IMG/VR virus record: IMGVR_UViG_3300017971_000058
Location: 1-55,863 of that record
Direction: 5' to 3' (one strand)
DNA: 55,863 nucleotides
From: a virus
Taxonomy: Duplodnaviria; Caudoviricetes
Numbering within the stretch: position 1 is the first letter of the stretch; every line of letters starts with the position of its first letter. This document shows positions 25,932-33,133 of the stretch, one piece after another. The notes beneath the pieces are model-generated. The model made no database searches. It saw nothing but the letters and a program-made list of their open reading frames with translations, and was not told the origin of the DNA. Position numbers and translations under genes: made by a program.

Positions 25932-26596
25932 CAGAAGCCCCAGGTCACGCCGACGAGTACGGAAAGGCCGTCGAGGTCGCCCTCGATCGTGTTGCCGTCG
26001 TCGTCGCTCACCTCGAAGTCCTCGGACGCGCGGTAACGGGCCTCGGCACCGAGCGCCCAGCGTTCGCTGATCTGGTAGCGTGCGCCAGTCTTGGCGTAGC
26101 CGCCGAGCTTGATGTCCTTGTCCGAGCCGCCGAGCGCCTCGACATCGACCAGCATGCAGTTGACGCCCGCGCCCAGGTAGGGGATGAGGCGTCCGTAGTT
26201 CCAGTCCTTGCGCAGGCCCAGGTACGCCTCGTAGGAGGTGAAGCTCACGTCGAACATGTGGCTCGGGCCGGTGGGCGTCATGGCGAAGGTCTGCGTGTCC
26301 TCCGTCCCGAAGAAGAAGCCCACCTCCGAGACGATCGGGAAGTTGGCGTTGCTGTCGAACTCGCCCGGCTCGTACACGTACTCGTACTGCACGCCGAAGG
26401 TGTCGGCGCGCACGTCGTCCTCGATCCTGTCGTCCTCGAACGCCTGCTGTCCGTAGTACACGGTCGCGGCTCGCCGCCCGGCGTTCTCCGGCGCCGGATC
26501 GACGGCGCGGATGGCTCGGTCCACGGACGCGCACGATGCGCAGATCCCGATGAGCACGGTCAAGATCACGGTCAGGGTCATGGTGTTGAGTCTCAT
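25931..26596 (-). CDS. Outer-membrane beta-barrel protein (OmpW/Ail-Lom-like), possibly lipidated
   Basis: Signal peptide with CASC, amphipathic strands (IPYLGAGV, LGAEARY) and terminal VGVTWGF. Confidence 0.8.
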   Translation of the reverse strand: MRLNTMTLTVILTVLIGICASCASVDRAIRAVDPAPENAGRRAATVYYGQQAFEDDRIEDDVRADTFGVQYEYVYEPGEFDSNANFPIVSEVGFFFGTEDTQTFAMTPTGPSHMFDVSFTSYEAYLGLRKDWNYGRLIPYLGAGVNCMLVDVEALGGSDKDIKLGGYAKTGARYQISERWALGAEARYRASEDFEVSDDDGNTIEGDLDGLSVLVGVTWGF

Positions 26597-26629
26597 GGTT
26601 CAGTCCTCGGTCAGAGTCTAGTGTTGCAG

Positions 26630-26974
26630 TCAGGTGATCCGCCCAAGCAGGACTCGAGTCCGCTTGCTAGGCTCCTTGGTCAGGAACCCGCGGCCTCGGC
26701 CGTCCTCGTACCTGGGCGGTGTGCGGAACTGGTCAGCGGTAGGGTCCACGACCTCGCCGCTGTCCGTGACCAGGAACCAGTGGACTCCCTCGTCCACGCG
26801 CACGGTCCTGGGGTGCAGCTCCTCCTCGGCCAGGAAGCGCACGGCCTCGCATGCCACGTAGCATAGGCCCCACGAGCTCGTCGCGCCCTGGGGGCGTCGC
26901 GCCGCCCAGTCGCGCCGGAGCAAGTCCGGGGTCAGGGCTGCGCGCACGCACCGTGTTGCTTCGCTGGTCTTCAT
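26630..26974 (-). CDS. Hypothetical protein (Cys/His/Asp, possibly papain/transglutaminase-like)
   Basis: GLCYVACEA...HWFL...VDPTADQF. Confidence 0.6.
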   Translation of the reverse strand: MKTSEATRCVRAALTPDLLRRDWAARRPQGATSSWGLCYVACEAVRFLAEEELHPRTVRVDEGVHWFLVTDSGEVVDPTADQFRTPPRYEDGRGRGFLTKEPSKRTRVLLGRIT

Positions 26975-26976
26975 GG

Positions 26977-27195
26977 TCAGTCCTTGCCGTAGTGGCTCTC
27001 GTGTTGCTCGCGCAGGAGCCTGCCGGGGACGCGCACCACCGTGGTCGCCTCGATGCGAATATCACTCTCCGTCCAAGCATCAGCCTCTTCGATCTCCTCT
27101 AGCGCCCATCGAACACAGTCCTGAGCGTCGTCGATGTCCCTGGCCCACAACTCCGTAGGTCCGTTGGGTGTGTGGATGATGAACTTCTGTTCCAT
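26977..27195 (-). CDS. Hypothetical protein
   Basis: MEQKFIIHT...; AAGGAG RBS. Confidence 0.6.
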   Translation of the reverse strand: MEQKFIIHTPNGPTELWARDIDDAQDCVRWALEEIEEADAWTESDIRIEATTVVRVPGRLLREQHESHYGKD

Positions 27196-27197
27196 GT

Positions 27198-27473
27198 TCA
27201 ATCTCCTTGGACATCGGAGCCCAGCTCGAACGCCTTGAGGTGGTCGGGCGCGGGCGCGCCGCCGGTCCCCTTCGGGAGCAGCAGGCCCCGGCGCTCTAGG
27301 TCGGCCATCAGTCTGTCGCCGCGCGTCCCTGTCATCAAGGTCCAGGCACCGCCGTCCTTGTCGGCTGCGCGGACGCGTGCCCGCATGGTCTGGTAGTGGC
27401 CGTGGCACAGGCCACGCGTGCGGCGGGTGTTCGGGCACCCGGGGTAGACACAGGTCGGAGGGGTGGTACTCAT
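27198..27473 (-). CDS. Zn-finger protein
   Basis: CVYPGC...RGLCHGHY motif. Confidence 0.6.
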   Translation of the reverse strand: MSTTPPTCVYPGCPNTRRTRGLCHGHYQTMRARVRAADKDGGAWTLMTGTRGDRLMADLERRGLLLPKGTGGAPAPDHLKAFELGSDVQGD

Positions 27474-27507
27474 GGCTAGTCCTTGGTGGTAGTCCTTGGT
27501 CTCGGAT

Positions 27508-28845
27508 TCAGGAGTTGGCGGCAGCAATCAGTTCGGCCATCCGGGGGCACACACTGTTGCCGATCTTGGCGATGCTGTCCTTCTTCGTGGGGAGCAGCGC
27601 GTAGTCCTCCGGGAAGCCCTGGGCAGCGGCCAGTTCGTGAGGCTCCAGCATGCGCAGGGTGATGTCCACGATCTGATAGTCGCGGCCGTGGACCTCGACC
27701 AGGCCGAGGCGCGCCTTGGCCGTGATCGTGTGGCACGGGTCGTTCAGGCTCTGCGCGTTGGCGAAGGTCCCGTCCCCGTAGTACTTGGTCAGGAAGGCCC
27801 GCACCTCCTCGACGCGCGGGTCCGTGCGCTCGCCCACGATCCCGGAGACGAGTGCGTGGTGGTCCTTGTTGGTGATGGTGGGCAGCGGCACGCTGACGGG
27901 CTTGCCGACCTCGCCGCCGAAATACTGAGCGACCCAGGGAATGACCAGGGCCTTGTCGTTGACGCCCGCGCACACGGTGCCGAGCGGCGCGTCCAGTCGC
28001 TGCCCGCGCAGCGTCATGCCCGCACCCGTGCGGCTCGACGCGTGGCCGGTGCGGATGATGAAGGCATCGTCCCCAGCCTCGAACACGTACCGCTTCATGC
28101 CCTTGGCGATGCGGAGCTGCGACGCCTCGGCCAGCGGCTTCTTGCGGCCGAAGATCGAGCGACCAGGCACGCTCCAGTCGATGATGGTGTGCGCGCCCAC
28201 GTAGGGCTTGAGTCCCGTGGACGAGTCCGCGGAGTGAGTCTGCTCCGGCCACCCGATCGGCTGGCCGTCGCAGCGCGCGACCAAGTACCACCGCCTGCGC
28301 GTGGTCGGCACGCCGAAGTCGCAGGCCGCCAGGACTCGAGTCTCCACCCGGTAGCCGTGCCCGCGCATGCTGCGCAGGAACCGCTGGTAGGTCTCGCCCT
28401 TGCGGGACTTGACCGGCTTCCCGTCCGCGCCGATCGGGCCCCAGTCCTCGAACTCAGGCACGTTCTCCATGAAGATCACCCGCGGGCGAACCTCCTTGAT
28501 CCACTTGAGCACGGTCCACGCCAGGCCGCGCACACGGCCGGACACGGGCGCGCCGCCCTTGGCCCTGGAGAAGTGGCGGCAGTCGGGCGAGGCCCAGAGC
28601 ACGTCCACGGGCATCCCCTCGGTCAGCTCCTGGGCCTTGCCTGCGATCGTCCACACATCCTCCAGGAGGTGCAGCGTCTCGGGGTGGTTGAGCGCGTGCA
28701 TCTCCAGCGCGCTCTCGTTGTGGTTCACAGCGATGTCAGGCGCGCGGCCGAGCGCGGCCTCCAGGCCAGTCGATGCACCGCCACCTCCTGCGAAGCTGTC
28801 GATGATGAGGGCGTCCTGTCCGAGAGTTGGTTGCATGGTCTGCAT
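27508..28845 (-). CDS. DNA cytosine-5 methyltransferase (orphan)
   Basis: FAGGGG, SPDC, ENVPEF, TRRR and IGNSVCP motifs. Confidence 0.93.
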   Translation of the reverse strand: MQTMQPTLGQDALIIDSFAGGGGASTGLEAALGRAPDIAVNHNESALEMHALNHPETLHLLEDVWTIAGKAQELTEGMPVDVLWASPDCRHFSRAKGGAPVSGRVRGLAWTVLKWIKEVRPRVIFMENVPEFEDWGPIGADGKPVKSRKGETYQRFLRSMRGHGYRVETRVLAACDFGVPTTRRRWYLVARCDGQPIGWPEQTHSADSSTGLKPYVGAHTIIDWSVPGRSIFGRKKPLAEASQLRIAKGMKRYVFEAGDDAFIIRTGHASSRTGAGMTLRGQRLDAPLGTVCAGVNDKALVIPWVAQYFGGEVGKPVSVPLPTITNKDHHALVSGIVGERTDPRVEEVRAFLTKYYGDGTFANAQSLNDPCHTITAKARLGLVEVHGRDYQIVDITLRMLEPHELAAAQGFPEDYALLPTKKDSIAKIGNSVCPRMAELIAAANS

Positions 28846-28857
28846 GGTGTCGTGTCC

Positions 28858-29085
28858 TCAGTTGGAGTTGGCGTGGTTCTCGATCTCGTTGATTAGCTCG
28901 GCGATGTCGTCGCAGTTCATGGTCGTCCGCTCGTCCTGCATCAAGGCGACGGTTGCTGCCTTGGCACGGATGAGAGCTTGCCGCACGTCCTCCCCTACGT
29001 GCTCCCACAACCCGCGCCAGTCCCTGCGCAGCTCACGGGCGAAGGTCTTGTGCTGTTGCGTGCTCCAGCGGTTCTTGCGCTTCAT
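28858..29085 (-). CDS. Hypothetical early protein
   Basis: ORF with GAGGA RBS. Confidence 0.65.
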   Translation of the reverse strand: MKRKNRWSTQQHKTFARELRRDWRGLWEHVGEDVRQALIRAKAATVALMQDERTTMNCDDIAELINEIENHANSN

Positions 29086-29103
29086 GGGAGTCCTCGTGTG
29101 TAG

Positions 29104-29418
29104 TTAGGCGGGCCACACGGCCGCGACGGCCGCGTTGATGTACTCGATGAAGGTGTCCAGCTCGGTCTCGGCGTCGAGTCGTGCGCACTCTTCCATGCCG
29201 TTCTCGCTGTAGTAGCCAAGCACCTCGGGCAGGATGCCCAGGTCTTCGGCCTGGCGGCAGTCCGGCTCCAGGTAGATGATCGCGAGCGCGTCCGGTGCCC
29301 ATTGGCCTCGGTCCTCGGCCGGGTCCTTGATGTAGGTCTCGACCTCCACGTCCGAGACGTGGAACAGTTGTTTGGCGGCTTTGCGGTAAGCGGCGACGGT
29401 CAGCTTGGTCTTGCTCAT
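29104..29418 (-). CDS. Hypothetical early protein
   Basis: MSKTKLTVAAY...; GAGGA RBS. Confidence 0.65.
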   Translation of the reverse strand: MSKTKLTVAAYRKAAKQLFHVSDVEVETYIKDPAEDRGQWAPDALAIIYLEPDCRQAEDLGILPEVLGYYSENGMEECARLDAETELDTFIEYINAAVAAVWPA

Positions 29419-29483
29419 GGTGTGGGTCCTCGTGTGGTGATGGTGCGTCCGTGTGGTGAGTCCTTGTGTGCAGTCCTGCGGCG

Positions 29484-29822
29484 TTAGACCAGATCGCGGC
29501 TCATGGCCCAGTCGTCCAGCGCTTCCTCGATCGCATCGTACAGCGCATCCTCGGCCTCTCCGGCCTGGGTGTCGAAGCCGATCGACCCGGCGCCCCATGA
29601 GCCGTGGTGGTCCGTGTCGAAGGACGCGCAGCCGGTCAGTAGCTCCAGCGTGGAGCCGTCCAGGGTGCGCACCCGGAAGGGCAGGTAGCGCGCTTCCTCC
29701 GGGCCGTTCGGTGCCGGGTCCGCGCCGTACGGCGCACCCGGGAAGGCCAGCGATTGAGCGTCCAGGAGATCGGGCAGAAGTTCCTGTGCGGCGATCCGGT
29801 TGCGGGTGTTGCGGATGGTCAT
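29484..29822 (-). CDS. Hypothetical acidic early protein
   Basis: MTIRNTRNR...; GAGGA RBS. Confidence 0.65.
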   Translation of the reverse strand: MTIRNTRNRIAAQELLPDLLDAQSLAFPGAPYGADPAPNGPEEARYLPFRVRTLDGSTLELLTGCASFDTDHHGSWGAGSIGFDTQAGEAEDALYDAIEEALDDWAMSRDLV

Positions 29823-29869
29823 GGTGGGTGTCCTCGTGTGGTGGTGGTCGTGGTGTGTCCGTGTGGTGG

Positions 29870-30334
29870 TCAGTTGGACGCGGCCTGCTCGAACATGCCG
29901 CGCGCTTCGTGATCGTGCTCGTAGCAGTCGCACGCCTCGGAGTAGTACAGCGGATCGAACGCCGACCCGATCTGGCGATCCTGCCAGTTGCCGTCGTACG
30001 AGTCCGGCCCCGTGATGGGCTCCACACCACTGGCGCGGATCACGGCGTTGGGGGCGATGGAGAACAGAGCCTCGAAGAAGTGGCCGTGAGCGTGCCAGCA
30101 TGCGCAACCGCCGATCCGGCGACGCTCGCCATCCTTGTTCCGGGAGAAGCCCCGACGGCCCCCGCGCTTCCGACAGTCGCGCACGCTCAGTCCGAACGAG
30201 ACCGAGCTGCGCGAGGTGCGGCCGACGTGTGCGGGTTCGGCCTTGAACTCCAGGTTCCCGGCGTAGTGGTCGTCATGATTGCAGAGTGCGAGCGCTTCGT
30301 GGAGCTGCTCGGGGGTGACGTTCTTGGCTTGCAT
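29870..30334 (-). CDS. Hypothetical early protein (Cys/His-containing)
   Basis: ACWHAHGHFF and SEACDC motifs; AAGGA RBS. Confidence 0.7.
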   Translation of the reverse strand: MQAKNVTPEQLHEALALCNHDDHYAGNLEFKAEPAHVGRTSRSSVSFGLSVRDCRKRGGRRGFSRNKDGERRRIGGCACWHAHGHFFEALFSIAPNAVIRASGVEPITGPDSYDGNWQDRQIGSAFDPLYYSEACDCYEHDHEARGMFEQAASN

Positions 30335-30377
30335 GGTTCGTGTCCTTGTGTGGTAGGTTCGTGCCGTGGTGGGCAGC

Positions 30378-30470
30378 TCAGGCGGGCAGGTGCTGCGCGA
30401 CGCTGACCAGGATGAAGACGGCGACGGCGATGAAGGGCGAAAGGGCGATCAGTTTGCCGGTGGCGCTCAT
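30378..30470 (-). CDS. 30-aa membrane peptide, first gene of the early operon
   Basis: MSATGKLIALSPFIAVAVFILVSVAQHLPA; CAGGA RBS. Confidence 0.5.
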   Translation of the reverse strand: MSATGKLIALSPFIAVAVFILVSVAQHLPA

Positions 30471-30514
30471 GGTAGATGTCCTGTGTGTGGCGTTCATGGT
30501 CTCGAATCCGCGGA

Positions 30515-30543
30515 AGTCTACCCGCCCCTCCTATGGAAGGCAA
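30515..30543 (-). promoter_or_regulatory. Leftward early sigma-70-type promoter
   Basis: TTGCCT-N17-TAGACT. Confidence 0.6.
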
Positions 30544-30738
30544 ACCCAGCGCGCTCCTGAGTGGATTGTTTCGACCTAAACCCCTGTCCCTGCCCGGGTT
30601 ACGTGCAAAACAATATCCCAGATTGTCCTGGCCAGGCGCCAGGCGCCCCCATCGCCCCCACCCGGGACAGGGGCGCCCCCACGATAGGGGCGCCGAAATC
30701 GGCCCTGGCGGCCCTGTGCGGGCCGATTTTCGCCGATC

Positions 30739-30877
30739 GCCCCCATCGCCCCCATGTTTGCATCCCATACGGGGTCGGGTGTGGTGTGCTTGTGTCTGTG
30801 TGCGGGTGTGTGGGTGTGTATGTGGAGGACAGCACAGGACCCCCCGTATGGGATGCAAGGATGGGGGCGATGGGGGC
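30739..30877. repeat. Long inverted repeat (~38-40 bp arms) around a GT-rich spacer
   Basis: 30739-30776 versus 30838-30877: two mismatches and one 2-nt indel. Confidence 0.9.
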
Positions 30878-31205
30878 ACTTTCGTATAATCGGCCTTCCT
30901 GGTACTGTGCGGGCCGTTTTCAGGCGCCCCCACTTGGGGGCGGGTGGTGCTCAAGTGCCCCCATATGGGGGCGATTAGGGGGCTAGAACGGTCATAAGTC
31001 CTTATAGGGTATGGTGTTAGGATCACTAGGGGCCCTGGGATCGGGCCGCCAGATCCGGGTACGGATCTGGATTGTTTTTCACACAATCCCCAGATCGCTC
31101 TGTGTTGCCCTGTGCGGCACGATCGCCCCTGGCCGACCCCTGAGTCGGATTCTCGGAGATCGTCGATTTTGAACCTTTTTTCCGCCCATTATTTCCTACC
31201 CGTCC

Positions 31206-31495
31206 TGGCACGGGTTTTGCTACGGAAAACGCCTGGCACGGCCCTTGCTACGGCCTTCAGGTGAGCGGCCTGCCTGGCACGCCCTTTGCTAGGGCCGTCC
31301 CTGGCACGGCCCTTGCTAGGGGGTTCTGTGGCACGCCCTTTGCTAGGCCCTGCCTGGCACGGGCCTTGCTAGGGCCTACCTGGCACACCCCTTGCTAGGG
31401 GGCACTTGGCACGGGCCTTGCTACTCGAGTCTTGGCACGCTTCTTGCTAGTGCATGCCCTGGCCTGGGGCCAAGCACTTGGCACGGGCCTTGCTT
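31206..31495 (+). repeat. Array of ten sigma-54 (-24/-12) consensus elements
   Basis: TGGCAC-N5-TTGCT starting at 31206, 31234, 31275, 31302, 31329, 31355, 31381, 31407, 31433 and 31479; GG-N10-GC spacing exact in all ten. Confidence 0.92.
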
Positions 31496-31672
31496 GCGCG
31501 CGACCGCCTCCACGACCGGCCGCGGGTCGCGAGCTCCCTCCCCGTGCTCGTAACGCGCGGGCAGAAAAATTGCGGTCTGGAAAATCGGAGCGGTCGAAAA
31601 ATCGAGGTTTTGTGCTAAAGAACGCGCGGGCGCCTGAACTTGAGGGCCTCCAAGAAAAATACGGGATTTCAG

Positions 31673-31701
31673 TTGACTTCACCCCCGTTCCGTGTTACGG
31701 T
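31673..31701 (+). promoter_or_regulatory. Rightward sigma-70-type promoter
   Basis: TTGACT-N17-TACGGT with extended TG and upstream A-tracts. Confidence 0.65.
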
Positions 31702-31739
31702 TGCGCGTAGGGTGCTAGATCCAGCACCACAGCCCGTCC

Positions 31740-32801
31740 ATGCCCAGTCCGCACCAACAGGAGACCGAATCTCCCTTGCTCGACGCGTTCCTGCGCGGTG
31801 CGGAGCTACGCCGATTGCAGGGCGCGGAGCTGCGCGCGGCCCTGCACGAGGTGTGGACAGAAGGCGAACGGCCGCCCGCGGACCCCTTCGACCCGGAGAC
31901 CAAGCCGCTGCGCATCATGGTGATGTGGCGCCTCTGCCGGACGACCGCGATCGTGAAGGGCCTGTGCGCCGAGGACGAGACGCTGGACGCCGCGACCGAA
32001 CTCGAGCCGAACCCCTGGGTGGAACCCTTCCTTCCCATACTATCCGCAGCGGCTGGGTCGGCCCTCCGGCGCCAGCGCGCCGCGGCGCTGCTCCGCTACC
32101 ACGCCGAGGACCGGGGCCTGCCCCTCCTACCGCCCCGCGCCGAGCCGCGCGAGCTCGCCCGATGGTGCAACGCCGCAAGCATCGTGGCCGCGGACCTGGG
32201 GATCGAGAGGACCGCTGAGGGCCTCGCGGGACTCCAGGGGCTGCTCGACCCGCACCAGTGCGCCCGATGCGACGTGTCCGCGGCCGAGGTGCTGGCGTTC
32301 GAGGAGATGCTGCTCGCGGAGACGCTCGACCTGCTCCTGGACGCTGGCGAGCGCGCGACAGTCAAGCACTTCAAGGGTGAGTACGGCTTCGCGCACAAGG
32401 AGGCGAACGGCCTGCTGCGCGTCGTGAAGACGCAGGCGCTGGAGCGGTCGGCGGCGAGCATCGAGGAGAAGCGCGCCCTCCAGGAGATGCGACTCGAGGA
32501 CTTCATCGGTCGGTCCAAGGAGTCCCTGGACATGGACGGCGAGATGAAGGGCATCAAGGAGCTGGCGAAGATCCAGGGCCTGACACGCACCGAGCCGGAG
32601 AACCAGGCCGAGGAGTTCTTCGCAGTCGTGAAGCGCGTGGCCGAGCGACAGGATAAGGAGCAACTCGACGAGAAGACGCTCAAGCTCTTGGACGGGCGGC
32701 GAGCGGAAGAAGTCGAGGCAGTCGTGCTCGAACCGGAGCCCGACGACCCGGACGACGCCGAAGCGTTGGCCGAATTCGACAACGAGAACCAACACCGATA
32801 G
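31740..32801 (+). CDS. Hypothetical protein, possibly terminase small subunit-like
   Basis: First gene of the terminase-containing operon; helical C-terminus (IKELAKIQGL) and acidic tail. Function inferred from position only. Confidence 0.45.
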   Translation: MPSPHQQETESPLLDAFLRGAELRRLQGAELRAALHEVWTEGERPPADPFDPETKPLRIMVMWRLCRTTAIVKGLCAEDETLDAATELEPNPWVEPFLPILSAAAGSALRRQRAAALLRYHAEDRGLPLLPPRAEPRELARWCNAASIVAADLGIERTAEGLAGLQGLLDPHQCARCDVSAAEVLAFEEMLLAETLDLLLDAGERATVKHFKGEYGFAHKEANGLLRVVKTQALERSAASIEEKRALQEMRLEDFIGRSKESLDMDGEMKGIKELAKIQGLTRTEPENQAEEFFAVVKRVAERQDKEQLDEKTLKLLDGRRAEEVEAVVLEPEPDDPDDAEALAEFDNENQHR

Positions 32802-32809
32802 GTGCTACC

Positions 32810-33121
32810 ATGAGCAACCAATTCCAACCCCTCTTCGACGCCATGGAGTCCGGCGTCAGGAGCATTCTCGACCAACTCATCGACGGCACTGTCGAAGACC
32901 TCGACGGCCCGATCAGGGACATCGCCTCGCGCCTGACCCTCGCGGCCCGACGCAACCGCATGGACCTCGTGGAAGCGTGCCAGGATCAGCTCAAGGTCAT
33001 CGTGATCGAGAAGGAGCTGGTGCTCAAGAGCGGCACCTCCGGCTTCTTCGACACCGTGATCTCCGTCGGCATCAACGCCCTCATCAACGGCGCCATCGGG
33101 GCGCTCAACTCGCAACGCTAG
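32810..33121 (+). CDS. Hypothetical protein
   Basis: 103-aa ORF with phage-typical codon bias. Confidence 0.7.
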   Translation: MSNQFQPLFDAMESGVRSILDQLIDGTVEDLDGPIRDIASRLTLAARRNRMDLVEACQDQLKVIVIEKELVLKSGTSGFFDTVISVGINALINGAIGALNSQR

Positions 33122-33133
33122 AAAGGGACCAAC

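Noticed and set aside
5594-30334. Lysogeny module (integrase, repressor, partitioning genes)
   Set aside because: No tyrosine or serine recombinase, CI-like or ParA motifs were recognised. A very divergent one cannot be excluded without profile searches.
31206-31495. CRISPR or mini-CRISPR array
   Set aside because: Repeats are only 17 bp with a variable core, most linkers are 9-11 bp, and no cas operon is present. The pattern matches the RpoN consensus instead.
30560-31710. ORFs predicted within the control region
   Set aside because: Low-complexity translations of repeats without codon bias or RBS; treated as non-coding.
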